Virus record (IMG/VR): IMGVR_UViG_3300050132_000502
DNA length: 61,136 bases
Strand: one strand, 5' to 3'
From: an uncultured virus (IMG/VR IMGVR_UViG_3300050132_000502)
Lineage: Duplodnaviria; Heunggongvirae; Uroviricota; Caudoviricetes
Shown piece by piece: positions 1 to 9,551 of the stretch. The notes under the pieces are model-generated. The model was not told the DNA's origin, did not search any database, and saw only the letters and a program-made list of their open reading frames with translations. Within the stretch, counting starts at the first letter, position 1, and each line of letters begins with the position of its first letter. The translations under genes were made by a program, and so were the position numbers.

Positions 1-668
1 GGAGCCACTTTGCTCCAAGGAAGGCGGAGGCTGTTTGGCGAGAAAATGAAGAAAGCACCCGCCGCAATGACTACGACCAAGAACAGAAGCAAGAGCAATC
101 CCACTCGCACCCTGCTCCGACGTAATCGGTCCTTGTGTTTCACGACCTTTTTGCTTGATCGTTTCTTCGTTTTCGGGGGTCTACTTCCTGCCGCCGACGC
201 TGGTTGATGACGTGCGCTCATAGTCGCTGGAGGAGGACTTGCTTCTGGCGGTTCGTCCACGCTTGACGCAGGAGGTAGTTCAATGCACTCGCGCTCCGAA
301 GCGAGACTCTCGGCCTCCGATGAGTGCTCGCCGATCTGGAGAGAACGAGACACCCGCTCAACTGCGCGAGTCAACGTATCACGCTCTGATGAGAGAGTCT
401 CGACCTCCGAACGAAGGGCTTCGCGGTCGCTCTCTATTGCGCGTGCCAACACATCTCGATCTAATGTCAGTGCCTCAACTTCCGAACGAAGGGCTTCTTG
501 TTCGCTCTCAATCGTTTGCGTCAAGGCATCTCGCTCCGAGATGAGTGTTTCGACTTCCAAGCGAAGGGACTTGAGTTCGTCGTCAACCTGACCAAACAAT
601 CGATCCACGCTTGACGTGAACTCTCGTTGCGCGAGTTGCGCTGGTGTTGGTGACTCTCGCTCGCTCAT
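1..668 (-). CDS. Coiled-coil repeat protein with a basic stretch and a transmembrane helix (3'-truncated by the window edge; not in the ORF track)
   Basis: I translated it by hand from ATG at 668 (MSERESPTPAQLAQREF...). The frame is open to base 1. It has ~25-aa repeats (ALRSEVETLxxERDxL), then a K/R-rich patch and the hydrophobic segment VGLLLLLFLVVVIAAGAFFIF. Confidence 0.75.
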   Translation of the reverse strand, partial: MSERESPTPAQLAQREFTSSVDRLFGQVDDELKSLRLEVETLISERDALTQTIESEQEALRSEVEALTLDRDVLARAIESDREALRSEVETLSSERDTLTRAVERVSRSLQIGEHSSEAESLASERECIELPPASSVDEPPEASPPPATMSARHQPASAAGSRPPKTKKRSSKKVVKHKDRLRRSRVRVGLLLLLFLVVVIAAGAFFIFSPNSLRLPWSKVA

Positions 669-670
669 GT

Positions 671-1072
671 TCAATTCCCTTCTGACGGGGGAGGTGTGAT
701 TGAAATGCCAACACCCTTGAGAGACGTCGCAATGCCATCGATTGTTTGAGCCAATGCATTGCGCTCTGACGTGAGCACCTCTACTTCGGAACGAAGGGCG
801 CTCAGTTCACGGTCGCCCGTCTGCGCCAACGTATTACGTTCGGCGGTGAGTACCTCGATATCGGAACGAAGGGCGCTGAGTTCGCGCTCGCTTGTTTGAG
901 CCAACGTATTGCGTTCGGCGGTGAGTGTCTCGATCTCCGAACGAAGGGTACTAAGTTCGCGATCAACCTCGGCGAAGAAGCGATTCATACCGAGATTTAT
1001 GTCGTCCATAAATGCTTGGTGAGAAGGTTTCACATCGGTCGATGTCTCAATTGGTGTGTCGTGTTCGCTCAT
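671..1072 (-). CDS. Coiled-coil repeat protein, paralogous to the N-terminus of the downstream gene
   Basis: ATG at 1072 follows GAAAGGA. Three 25-aa repeats (RELSALRSEIETLTAERNTLAQT) are present. Confidence 0.75.
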   Translation of the reverse strand: MSEHDTPIETSTDVKPSHQAFMDDINLGMNRFFAEVDRELSTLRSEIETLTAERNTLAQTSERELSALRSDIEVLTAERNTLAQTGDRELSALRSEVEVLTSERNALAQTIDGIATSLKGVGISITPPPSEGN

Positions 1073-1102
1073 GTTGTTCCTTTCAGAGATCAGTTGATTA
1101 TT

Positions 1103-1132
1103 CTCTAGCCCCACCACTAATGGTCCGGCCCC
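1103..1132 (-). promoter_or_regulatory. Element-specific bipartite promoter-like motif GGGGC-N15-GGGGCTAGAG
   Basis: Intergenic, ~30 nt upstream of ATG 1072. The same motif recurs before many genes. Confidence 0.6.
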
Positions 1133-1136
1133 GTGC

Positions 1137-1979
1137 TCATCTTTTGTTGTACGTCCGCTTATGACACTGTGGACACCTGTAACCGTGCGTACGAGCACGG
1201 ATACTGACGTTCCACGTGTGGTCTTTACTGCAACGCCACTTCATGATCTTGTTCGAGGTTGGTCGCACGGTTGAGGGGTCCCAACCGTCGGCTTCTTTGG
1301 CGATCTCTGGATAGAAGAAGGCAAGGTCATTGAATCCGGCAAGGATTTTCGTGTTCGAGCAGTAGGGACAACCCGCACCTCTATCACGTTGGGTGACTTG
1401 TGACTCCCACACGTGTCCCTTGTCGCACCGCCACGACATTCTTTTGTTGCTCCCATACACGAGCGTTGAGGGGTCCCATCCGTAGGCTTCCCTGGCAAGG
1501 TCGGGATGAACGGAGGCAAAGTCATTGAACCCGACCAGCAGTTTGCGATTAGCACAGTACGGACATTCGTGTCCTCGTGTGCGATGACACAGTTGGGTAG
1601 TCCAGATGTGGCCCTTACGACACTTCCACTCGAAGTATCTCGTGGACCCTCGACTGACTTTGGTCGGGTCCCATCCGTGGGCTTCCTTGGCGAGTGCAGG
1701 ATGAACGAAAGCAAGAGAGTTGATCTCTCGTGCTTTTTGAATTGCCTTACGTTGAGCCGGGGTTTTCTCCTTGACGATCTTGCCGTCCTTACAGCGAGGA
1801 CAGCGTCCGAGTCCACGCGAACGATTGACTGGTGACGCCTTCCAGACGTGACCCTTTGCGCACTTCCATTCGTAGTTTTTGCTCGATCCATGACTAACCA
1901 TGTCCGAGTCCCACCCGTGGGCTTCCTTCGCGAGTTCGGGGTAGATGGCGGCGACCGACTTCGCTCGCTTTGCGGCCAT
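1137..1979 (-). CDS. Zinc-ribbon repeat protein (DUF4379-like treble-clef repeats)
   Basis: Four repeats of HPxLAxEAxGWDP...WKCxKGHxW...RxxGxxCPxC. Start placed at MAAKR (1979) to avoid overlap with the upstream gene. Confidence 0.8.
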   Translation of the reverse strand: MAAKRAKSVAAIYPELAKEAHGWDSDMVSHGSSKNYEWKCAKGHVWKASPVNRSRGLGRCPRCKDGKIVKEKTPAQRKAIQKAREINSLAFVHPALAKEAHGWDPTKVSRGSTRYFEWKCRKGHIWTTQLCHRTRGHECPYCANRKLLVGFNDFASVHPDLAREAYGWDPSTLVYGSNKRMSWRCDKGHVWESQVTQRDRGAGCPYCSNTKILAGFNDLAFFYPEIAKEADGWDPSTVRPTSNKIMKWRCSKDHTWNVSIRARTHGYRCPQCHKRTYNKR

Positions 1980-2028
1980 AATTTTCCCAAACTCTGCGAA
2001 GACGTCGGTCTCGTTCAAGTCGATTCCT

Positions 2029-2559
2029 TTATCCGCCTGGTTGACTGACGACGATATCAAGACACTCGTCGAGTGATCTCTTCCAGCATTGGGCCTTGTC
2101 GTTATGACCATTGCTCCATTGCCTTGCTCGATCATTTGTCCACCGTTTGGCATCATCACTAAGCGCCTCGAATCGAGTGATGTCGTCGTCACCGACAGGA
2201 CCACCAGCGAACCATTCGCTTAACGCAGGTCCCACCTTGACGGCGTATCGACGATTGAGCCACGCCAGCGCGATGCGCGTAGCCCCCTTCGGGTCGTACG
2301 CGAGGTGCTCGCGAATAGCATTCTCGCTCACGGCGCATGACCTCACGCGCAACTCACGCGGACGTCTCGGGTTGCTCGCTATCTCCAAAAGGAACGATCC
2401 TTCGTGTGACGGGTCAAAGGCGAGTCGAGTCACGCGGTCGTAGATGGTGATGGTGTCGTGCGGAGCATTCCATGCCCAACGTTGCACACCGTCTCGCGTG
2501 GTGACGAACGAGCCGAGGTCCTCGGCCTGAACGGGGATATCTTTCTTGCTCTTGCTCAT
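2029..2559 (-). CDS. Hypothetical protein
   Basis: 176-aa ORF in a tightly packed minus-strand run. Confidence 0.6.
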   Translation of the reverse strand: MSKSKKDIPVQAEDLGSFVTTRDGVQRWAWNAPHDTITIYDRVTRLAFDPSHEGSFLLEIASNPRRPRELRVRSCAVSENAIREHLAYDPKGATRIALAWLNRRYAVKVGPALSEWFAGGPVGDDDITRFEALSDDAKRWTNDRARQWSNGHNDKAQCWKRSLDECLDIVVSQPGG

Positions 2560-2565
2560 GCTTCT

Positions 2566-2784
2566 CTAACCTCGACGGTCTGTCTTTTGCGGCTGTGAGG
2601 TGAGGTGGTATTTCCGACATATTCGACACCAATAGATGCGAGTTTCGTTGACCCACTTGCCGCCACTCCACGACCTCGACCGTCGGGTCGAACTAAGAGC
2701 GAGTTCAGCGGCGAACTTGTCTTTGTATCCGCGCTTTTTACACACTTGCGGCTTACTCGTGGAAGATGACTCGGTCGAACTCAT
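2566..2784 (-). CDS. Small phage-type Zn-binding protein
   Basis: CxKxxY...A..AL...RxYxCxxCxxYHLTS pattern. Overlaps the upstream stop. Confidence 0.65.
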   Translation of the reverse strand: MSSTESSSTSKPQVCKKRGYKDKFAAELALSSTRRSRSWSGGKWVNETRIYWCRICRKYHLTSQPQKTDRRG

Positions 2785-2990
2785 ATCAATCTCAACCGTG
2801 CCTCGGATACACGAAATGTGGTACGGGCGTTGTCCTTCACAGTGGCTACGCGATCACCAGGATTCGTCCCGTCTGACCAGTCAACGATGACGCCGGTACG
2901 AAGTCGGTTCTCAGGCGTCTCGTCCTCTTCGCCGACTATTTTGTCGCCCCACGCCACGCGATCACCAACAGTCAATTGTGCCTTTGTCAT
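2781..2990 (-). CDS. Small hypothetical protein (possible SH3-like beta-barrel)
   Basis: VGDRV...GVIV...ATV pattern. ATGA-type overlaps on both sides. Confidence 0.6.
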   Translation of the reverse strand: MTKAQLTVGDRVAWGDKIVGEEDETPENRLRTGVIVDWSDGTNPGDRVATVKDNARTTFRVSEARLRLI

Positions 2991-3289
2991 AGGAGACCTT
3001 TCGCTTCGAGTGTGGACAGGCGCTTCTTGGCTTTGATGCGATCAGGAGTGAAGTGCCGCCACTTGCCGCCGTAGTTTCCGTGAGCGCCACCAAAGACACA
3101 GATGGAGTCGACCTCACCATTGCGAATGTGAGCGTAGAAGAACTTGAAGTCACCGGGCACCTTGGTGATCGTCACGATGTCGCCCTTTTTGAGATGACGG
3201 TTGCCGATCTGCACCTCTTCAACCTGCCCGCGATTAGCACGAATCTCGGCTACTTCCTTCGCTGTGAAGGTAGTGCGTACCCGTGTCAT
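2987..3289 (-). CDS. Phage-type hypothetical protein
   Basis: ATG at 3289 overlaps the upstream stop. Confidence 0.6.
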   Translation of the reverse strand: MTRVRTTFTAKEVAEIRANRGQVEEVQIGNRHLKKGDIVTITKVPGDFKFFYAHIRNGEVDSICVFGGAHGNYGGKWRHFTPDRIKAKKRLSTLEAKGLL

Positions 3290-3753
3290 GAGAGTTCTCG
3301 TTGCTTCGCGCCGTAGGGTTCCGCGTCCTCGCTGTCGGTGGTGATGCGTCCCTCGGTGAATCCGATAGGGAGCGACTCTCCCGGTGGTGCGCACCATAAC
3401 CAAAATTGGTTCGCGGTATCGACGAGTCGAGACTCAGCGGGATACAACTCCACCGCTTCGATTTCTGGACCAGCGATCTCGTTCTTGATTCGTTGGAAGT
3501 CGCGCCAGTCACGCGGCCACCCTCGGTCGGCACGTCGGATCGAAAGTGACATCACGAAACCGTCGTCGTCGCGACGAACGTGAACAACGTACTTGTCGTT
3601 GAGCCACACTTCCTTGTCGAAGTCTTCACCGTCTACCGGCTCGCGTCCGAGCACTGTTTTGATGGACTCGATCTTCTCCGGTGACATGTAGTTGACGCCA
3701 CGCTTCATCGGTTGCCAGACCTTTGAGGGGGTGGGGCCTCTGCGTTTAGGCAT
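3286..3753 (-). CDS. Conserved phage hypothetical protein
   Basis: LSIRR...DWRDFQRIKNEIAGPEIEAVELYPAESRLVDTANQFWLW is a motif I recognise from phage proteins of unknown function. Confidence 0.7.
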   Translation of the reverse strand: MPKRRGPTPSKVWQPMKRGVNYMSPEKIESIKTVLGREPVDGEDFDKEVWLNDKYVVHVRRDDDGFVMSLSIRRADRGWPRDWRDFQRIKNEIAGPEIEAVELYPAESRLVDTANQFWLWCAPPGESLPIGFTEGRITTDSEDAEPYGAKQRELS

Positions 3754-3913
3754 AGCGCGACCGCCTCTTGCGCGGAAGGCGTCCGTGAACAGTGATCTGG
3801 TGTTGTTTGCTCGCGTTGTCCGCATGGTAGCGACGTGAAGAGAAGTCACTCCATTCAGGGCACTTCGCGCACGTCGCGACGTAGGCGCGATACGCCTTCT
3901 TGGTAACGGCCAT
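3746..3913 (-). CDS. Small Zn-finger-like hypothetical protein
   Basis: CxxC...HxxxxH. Translationally coupled to its neighbours. Confidence 0.5.
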   Translation of the reverse strand: MAVTKKAYRAYVATCAKCPEWSDFSSRRYHADNASKQHQITVHGRLPRKRRSRYA

Positions 3914-4284
3914 CAGAACACCAGGTCCTCTGTGAGCGCCGCAATGGAGACTGGTTCTCCGTCGCGGACGTAGCGGCGGCTGACCGAAAGACGATGCTCC
4001 CACAGTCCGGGGCTGTCGGAGTCAAATGTGAGCAACCTCCAGCCGACCCCATCCACGTAAACGTGATGGTAGAAGGCTCGGCCATTTTCGTCGTGATAGA
4101 CGTACGACGTTTCGTCGCCGTAGCCGTTGTTGTACTCGTACACCTCGTCACTACGAGTGATGACTACGCGCTCCAACACAACGTACGCGGGCATGTCGAT
4201 GTCCCAAAAGTCTTTGTAGGCGTGCATGACGTACCGGGTGCGGTAGAGCACGACGGTCGTCGGCATCCACGAGAGATCGCTCAT
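3913..4284 (-). CDS. Hypothetical protein
   Basis: 123-aa ORF with coupled start/stop overlaps. Confidence 0.6.
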   Translation of the reverse strand: MSDLSWMPTTVVLYRTRYVMHAYKDFWDIDMPAYVVLERVVITRSDEVYEYNNGYGDETSYVYHDENGRAFYHHVYVDGVGWRLLTFDSDSPGLWEHRLSVSRRYVRDGEPVSIAALTEDLVF

Positions 4285-4523
4285 TGTGTCACCTGACTTT
4301 CGACGAAGTCCTTGGCATCCTTGAGGACACCACAGCGAGCCCGTGACTCATCGCGATACGACACACGCCAGTAGCGGACATGACCAGGTCGCCCAAAAAC
4401 GATCTTGCCCGTGCGCTTGCTGATCGGCTCAATGCGCCACTCTCCGAGAATGTAAATGCGCCTCGCCCACGAGCCAGTCCGTGAAGGCGTTGATGTCCAC
4501 TTCGAGTTAGGGGTCATCATCAT
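4281..4523 (-). CDS. Hypothetical protein
   Basis: ATG at 4523 overlaps the upstream stop. Confidence 0.5.
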   Translation of the reverse strand: MMMTPNSKWTSTPSRTGSWARRIYILGEWRIEPISKRTGKIVFGRPGHVRYWRVSYRDESRARCGVLKDAKDFVESQVTQ

Positions 4524-4903
4524 CCAGCCTTGGCGTAGAACTCGGCCAATGAACCGGGGCCGATGTCGTGGTTGTTGTCTTGACACGTACCGAACTGATT
4601 GACGCACTGACCGCACGTCCGGCACCACTCGACGATGCCATTGCAAATCTCGCAGAAGTCGATGAGAGACATTGAGAGAACCTCTGACTTGACTTGCGTC
4701 CCCACACACGATCCGTGCAGTTCGCAGATCGCCCAATACTTGAAGTCGGCGTCGAGTCCGATGACGGACTCGGTCCAAATCGTAAGGTCGCCCTCTATCC
4801 AGAGCGCACCATTCTTGTGACGCTTGTTGATGTGCGCGTTCGCCCGCTCCTCAGTGGAGAACTTGGCCCCACAGCCAGAGCAACGAAAGCGACCGGTCGT
4901 CAT
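4520..4903 (-). CDS. C2H2/CxxC zinc-finger protein
   Basis: FRCSGCGAKF...HINKRH plus further CxxC pairs. Confidence 0.6.
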   Translation of the reverse strand: MTTGRFRCSGCGAKFSTEERANAHINKRHKNGALWIEGDLTIWTESVIGLDADFKYWAICELHGSCVGTQVKSEVLSMSLIDFCEICNGIVEWCRTCGQCVNQFGTCQDNNHDIGPGSLAEFYAKAG

Positions 4904-5211
4904 TACGCACCAAGACGCTTCAACAAGAGGTTGAAGTCCTTGCGGTCGATGTGAATGGTCGAGCCATGTCCGTAGACGCGGTACTTGTTTGGTCCGTACG
5001 TTGAGTCACTGGGATCGATGGACTCAAGCAACTTCCTAGCCCGAGCGCATATCTTCTCGTTCTGTGCGCCGTCTAATTCGGCGAGCCTTTGCGTGCGCTT
5101 CCACGCGTCGTCTTTGTTCTTGCGGCGTGTCACAGCGCCACGGCAGGGAGAGCACAAAGTGTCACCGGCACGAGCCTTGCGACTACACCACTCGTTCTTG
5201 CAGGTCTGCAT
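4903..5211 (-). CDS. Hypothetical Cys-rich protein
   Basis: ATG at 5211 follows AAGGAG and lies downstream of a GGGGCTAG motif. Confidence 0.6.
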   Translation of the reverse strand: MQTCKNEWCSRKARAGDTLCSPCRGAVTRRKNKDDAWKRTQRLAELDGAQNEKICARARKLLESIDPSDSTYGPNKYRVYGHGSTIHIDRKDFNLLLKRLGA

Positions 5212-5243
5212 TTCGACTCCTTGGCTCAACCTCTCTACAGACT

Positions 5244-5272
5244 CTCTAGCCCCATGACGTCGACGTCGCTCC
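5244..5272 (-). promoter_or_regulatory. Bipartite promoter-like motif GGAGC-N14-GGGGCTAGAG
   Basis: Intergenic copy of the recurring motif. Confidence 0.6.
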
Positions 5273-5274
5273 AC

Positions 5275-8019
5275 CTATTCTTCGTCGTCCTCTTCCTTTT
5301 CGTCTTCCGGTGCGCCAATGATGTAGTCGTCGAGGCCATTGAGAATCGGCTCATCGAATCCGTAGAGCACCTTCGCTCGGTCAAGGACTTCGCTCACGGT
5401 GAGCCCTGTGAGAACGTGGCCTCCTTCGACGAGCAGTTCCAGGGCAGTCTCCAGTTCCCCGAAGTCGCGCTGACCTGGCTCCAGCAACTTGAGCCGAAGA
5501 GTCTTCTGATGTCCTTCCCACAAGTCGGGGTCGCCGTACTCTTCAAGGAAGGCGGCGTAGGCTTCGCGTTCCACATTCTCGTTGTACTGAACGCACACAC
5601 TGCGCTCGTAGTCCCACACCCTGCGACTGAGAGTCTGAGCGTGTGCGCGAACTTCGCGGTAGGTCTCGTACGCGAGATTGGCGACCTTCACGACCGAGTC
5701 GCTCAACCACAGTTGTCGCCATCCCTTCGCGTAACGACCCGTGGGCTCCCAGCACGGCCATTCCGATCCGGTGGGGTACGACGAGCCCCACGAGAACTCC
5801 CACTCGATGATCCCGTCAGCCTTGCGTTCGAGTCGCACGGAGTGACTCTTGATGTTTGGCTCTCGGTAACGAGCCGTGAGCGGCTTGGCGACGGCGTTCG
5901 CCCAGTAGTCGCTCATACTCAGATCATCTCTGTTGTCTTCCAACTCCAGCCACGACAACGTGGTGGAGCGATAGTGATTGCCGTGCATACCATCAAGGCA
6001 CATGACCGCAATAACGTCGCGACCTTCTTTGATCTGCTTTTGCACGAGCCGCTCGACCACTTCGGCGATCTCGGGCTCCGTGAAGACGCTCCTCGGACTC
6101 ACCAAGGTGTTCCAGGTCGCCAGGAGCGGACTCTCATACACGATGACCCATCGTGAGGGGCGAGTGCCGACGATCTGCCACTCGACTCGATCCTTCAAGA
6201 GCCCCCGAGCAGAGTACGTGGTCTCGATGACGTAGGTGTCGCCATCGTCTTGTGGTTCGAGCACGACGTAGGTGCCTTCGCGACGACGCGCTATCAACAG
6301 AGCATTCTCGTGCGCCAAACGTAGGGTAGCGACGAGTCGCTGGTTGACGGGCTTGGCGATGTCCTCTAAACGGCGGCGGTGCTCGTCGACAATCATGCGA
6401 ACAGCCTTGGCGTTGTCCTCGACCGAGCCAACGAGTGGACGGTGATTCTTGTTGGACGTCTTCCACCACTCAATGAGGGTGGGCACCATGACCTCCGTAT
6501 CACTCAGGGGGACGTTGTTCGTCGTCGAGAGCACACCGGTCAGCAAGAGAGAGAAGGGAGCCTCCTCTGCCGCCTCCGCGATGAGAGCGCGACGAGCGGC
6601 CTTGAGGAGCGGGAACATCTCAACGTACCCGTGCCGATTGCTTCGCGACGCCAGAAAACGATCAATGTCCTCGATAGTGATTAAGTCAAAGGGCAAGACC
6701 AAATTGTTGTTGATCTCAAACGTGCAACTTGCCCGCCTCGCGGGTGCTCGACCGCCCCACTTCATCCAACCGGGATTGTCAGGGTCTCGTTCGTAGCCGT
6801 AGATTTTATCCGTGCGCTCGTAAGTGAACCTCATGCGGCGTTCGCCGATGCGTTCGGTAATGACGTAGGGAACGTAAGGGTCCGGCCCCGAAGCAAACTT
6901 AGGGTGAATCACCCATTGATCTTCGGAACGATACGTCTGCGAAGCGGCGATGATTCTCATGCCCGGTCGTATGTCGTGCATCAGACGACGTTGCCACTCG
7001 CGGAATACTTCTCGTCCGTCGGTCAGCGCGAAATCTCCGTCGGCGATGATGACGATGCGACCTTCGTCGTAGTCATCGGCCTCCAAGAAGCGCACGGTGC
7101 CGGGGAGCGGGTGAAAGACGGTGGTCCTATCGACGAGCCCCTGGAGAATGAGCCCCACGCGCATGTAGTGACGCTTGCGGAAGTCCGCGCTCGCCTCGGC
7201 CTTCTCCCATTCGTGGGTGTCGGGCTTGATAGGGCGTCGTTCGTTCCACGAGGTAGCCCGCTCGTAGAAGAAGTCCGTGAACTCACTGGCGGTGGGGACG
7301 AGCCGCTCACCGGCTATGAAGTTCGTCACGTAGCGGTACAGTCGCTCGCCGTTACGAATCAAGAAGTACGTCTGGTGATTATCTTTGTTGCGCTGTTGGC
7401 TCTCCCACGGGTTCCCGTAGTCCACCATGCTCCAACGAGGCACCAGGGCGACCACACCGCGTTGCTCGGGGAAGACCTGGTTGAGATGTCGCTTGCTCTT
7501 GAGAAGCCACCTGTCGAACTCTTCAATCGACATCGCGTCGATGCCACCTTTTTCTGCGGCTACGGCACACTCTTCGTCCATCGCCAGCACCAGTTGACGC
7601 ACACTGACAGGCGTATCCGCCTTGGCTGGTTTTCCGTCGCGAAGTTGGACGATCTCCTCGCCTTGGCCGAGGTAGAGATTCGCGGTCCAGATTCCCTCTT
7701 CGAGCCGCTTCACCATCGCGTTGAGGGGCGTGATGATGTTGTTGACTTCACGCATCTTCTGCTCAAGAAGGTCCTTGAGTTCCGCTTGCTTCTCCGTAAT
7801 CAGTTGCTTTTGTTTCATCACCACCGAACGGGTGACAGCCATCCGCTTCTTCATCACTGCCGGTGACTTGGCGGTCACTTCGACGAGAGCCGTACTCGGG
7901 TCAGAACTCAGTCCTGAACTGAGTTCGTCGGCCTCGGCAATCAGCGCGTTGAGTTCACCGGAGACGGCATCAATCCGCGCCCCAATGGAGTCATCGTGAC
8001 GTTCAATGTCAGACATCAT
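5275..8019 (-). CDS. Large hypothetical protein (914 aa) with an N-terminal coiled coil
   Basis: Long ORF with a GGAGG RBS. No catalytic family recognised. Confidence 0.8.
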   Translation of the reverse strand: MMSDIERHDDSIGARIDAVSGELNALIAEADELSSGLSSDPSTALVEVTAKSPAVMKKRMAVTRSVVMKQKQLITEKQAELKDLLEQKMREVNNIITPLNAMVKRLEEGIWTANLYLGQGEEIVQLRDGKPAKADTPVSVRQLVLAMDEECAVAAEKGGIDAMSIEEFDRWLLKSKRHLNQVFPEQRGVVALVPRWSMVDYGNPWESQQRNKDNHQTYFLIRNGERLYRYVTNFIAGERLVPTASEFTDFFYERATSWNERRPIKPDTHEWEKAEASADFRKRHYMRVGLILQGLVDRTTVFHPLPGTVRFLEADDYDEGRIVIIADGDFALTDGREVFREWQRRLMHDIRPGMRIIAASQTYRSEDQWVIHPKFASGPDPYVPYVITERIGERRMRFTYERTDKIYGYERDPDNPGWMKWGGRAPARRASCTFEINNNLVLPFDLITIEDIDRFLASRSNRHGYVEMFPLLKAARRALIAEAAEEAPFSLLLTGVLSTTNNVPLSDTEVMVPTLIEWWKTSNKNHRPLVGSVEDNAKAVRMIVDEHRRRLEDIAKPVNQRLVATLRLAHENALLIARRREGTYVVLEPQDDGDTYVIETTYSARGLLKDRVEWQIVGTRPSRWVIVYESPLLATWNTLVSPRSVFTEPEIAEVVERLVQKQIKEGRDVIAVMCLDGMHGNHYRSTTLSWLELEDNRDDLSMSDYWANAVAKPLTARYREPNIKSHSVRLERKADGIIEWEFSWGSSYPTGSEWPCWEPTGRYAKGWRQLWLSDSVVKVANLAYETYREVRAHAQTLSRRVWDYERSVCVQYNENVEREAYAAFLEEYGDPDLWEGHQKTLRLKLLEPGQRDFGELETALELLVEGGHVLTGLTVSEVLDRAKVLYGFDEPILNGLDDYIIGAPEDEKEEDDEE

Positions 8020-8038
8020 CCTCCGATGAATGGATTAT

Positions 8039-8302
8039 TCACGACGCCACTTCTTTGAGCGAAAAGTCGGCCACTCGCGAGCCGTAGCGAAAGGCGATAC
8101 GTGTCACCCCGGAGCGACGAAGACGGCGAATCTCCGCGCCGGACGACCGCTTGATGCCGGGGTAGTTCCTCCACCCCTTTTCAGGAGTGAACGTCTGGTC
8201 AATCAGAATCGAGTCGGCGTACGAGGTCGCCGCGTTGGGGCACCCGTGCGTACGAAAGTACGTGACGACGGTGGCCGGAGGAGTTGCTTGATGAGTGGTC
8301 AT
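8039..8302 (-). CDS. Hypothetical protein
   Basis: 87-aa ORF coupled to the upstream gene. Confidence 0.55.
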   Translation of the reverse strand: MTTHQATPPATVVTYFRTHGCPNAATSYADSILIDQTFTPEKGWRNYPGIKRSSGAEIRRLRRSGVTRIAFRYGSRVADFSLKEVAS

Positions 8303-9315
8303 GAGGGATCGCTTTCTGTTTCGTCTTCGGTTTCGAGCAGTTCCACAACGTCACTCCAGTGAGCCGACGTTTTCTTGAGCAACCTGCGGTGGGTATTTTC
8401 TTCCTCCACACGAGCGTCCCACAGTGTGGGATCAATGATGTCGTCGATCTCACTCTCGATGAGCGCATCGAGCGTAGCGGGGTCAAGAGCGTCAAGTTCC
8501 CACGACTCACTGCCGTACTCCTCCAGGTACTTCGCAAATCGAGCGTCAGTTGCCTTCGCGGGGTTGGGTGGCGGGTTGTACTGCTGAACCTGGTCGTAGT
8601 TGAGCGCGATGCGGCGCACGTCGAACCAAGTGCGTCCGTCACAACGCTCGTCCATGCTGGCGATGATGTCGCGAAACTTGATGGCCCCAGTCTCTTCCAT
8701 CTCATTGTTCGCCCAGTCTTGAAGGATGAAGGTGCGAAGACGGTCGGTGATGTCGCGAGTCATGTCGATTCCACTGGGGTCATGGTCACCGAGGTGAAGA
8801 AGGATGACGTTCTGGCCCACCTTGATGTACTCACGGAGGCGTTGGCCCGCCGCCCACATCTCAGACTGACTGACGTAGCCACGACACGAGAACCACGCCA
8901 CATCATTGCGATCAGCGGCTCGTTGCACCACACCAGCAAGGGCTTCTTTCTCGACCCACACTTCAATGCGTGTTGGTGCTGTTGACCACTTGTCGAGACG
9001 GAACTGACGCGAAACTGTGTCGATGATGTCGGCAGGATTCTCCCAGTGCGCGACGCTACGAATGTTGCGGGTGCGGTCAACAAGGTGGTCCCAGTCCATC
9101 AGACCGGCGAGACGCGCACGGTTGATGATCTGACCGAGACGGTCGTAGGACTTCTGCGTGTTGGGGAGCAGATCGCGAGAGACGAACTGGTAGTACAACT
9201 GACGGAGTGTCAGGTCATATCCCTGGTTCGCGTAGTCGATGGCGATCTGATTGGCGTACTGCACGATGACCGCGCTCTCGCCTCGTGGTGCCCATTTCTC
9301 GTAGGCGATCCTCAC
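8299..9315 (-). CDS. Topoisomerase VI-A/Spo11-like winged-helix + TOPRIM protein
   Basis: TLRQLYYQ (WH Tyr motif), VWVEKEA (TOPRIM Glu), RGY, GDHDPSG (DxD), WELDAL. Confidence 0.75.
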   Translation of the reverse strand: MRIAYEKWAPRGESAVIVQYANQIAIDYANQGYDLTLRQLYYQFVSRDLLPNTQKSYDRLGQIINRARLAGLMDWDHLVDRTRNIRSVAHWENPADIIDTVSRQFRLDKWSTAPTRIEVWVEKEALAGVVQRAADRNDVAWFSCRGYVSQSEMWAAGQRLREYIKVGQNVILLHLGDHDPSGIDMTRDITDRLRTFILQDWANNEMEETGAIKFRDIIASMDERCDGRTWFDVRRIALNYDQVQQYNPPPNPAKATDARFAKYLEEYGSESWELDALDPATLDALIESEIDDIIDPTLWDARVEEENTHRRLLKKTSAHWSDVVELLETEDETESDPS

Positions 9316-9381
9316 GAGGATGCTCTTTCAATGAGATGTTCCACCGCTGACTCCTTTAGGACGAGAAGATCGTCACCGACT

Positions 9382-9411
9382 CTCTAGCCCCGTTCGTGGT
9401 CTGCGTGTCCC
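9382..9411 (-). promoter_or_regulatory. Bipartite promoter-like motif GGGAC-N15-GGGGCTAGAG
   Basis: Upstream of the TOPRIM gene. Recurring motif. Confidence 0.6.
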
Positions 9412-9551
9412 GACTCCGATGATTCCTCTGTCGATTCAATTTCGAGAGGGGCCGCAGGCCAACGACACCCCGGACAGAGAGGTGACTCGCGCAGGTTCGC
9501 GCCGCACCGGGGACACAGCGGCTTCGGTGGGTCTTCGTCGAAAACACTCAT
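9384..9551 (-). CDS. Small zinc-ribbon protein
   Basis: CPRCG...CPGC. Start overlaps the upstream stop. Confidence 0.5.
   Translation of the reverse strand: MSVFDEDPPKPLCPRCGANLRESPLCPGCRWPAAPLEIESTEESSESGHADHERG

Noticed and set aside
300..960. Regularly spaced 75-nt repeats that might suggest a CRISPR array
   Set aside because: They are degenerate in-frame coiled-coil coding repeats without unique spacers, and no cas genes are present.
5089..7866. Long plus-strand ORFs (5089-6156, 6904-7866) and similar antisense ORFs elsewhere (e.g. 10132-11136, 19398-20264, 45707-46534)
   Set aside because: They are shadows of real genes on the opposite strand in GC-rich DNA and show no motifs.
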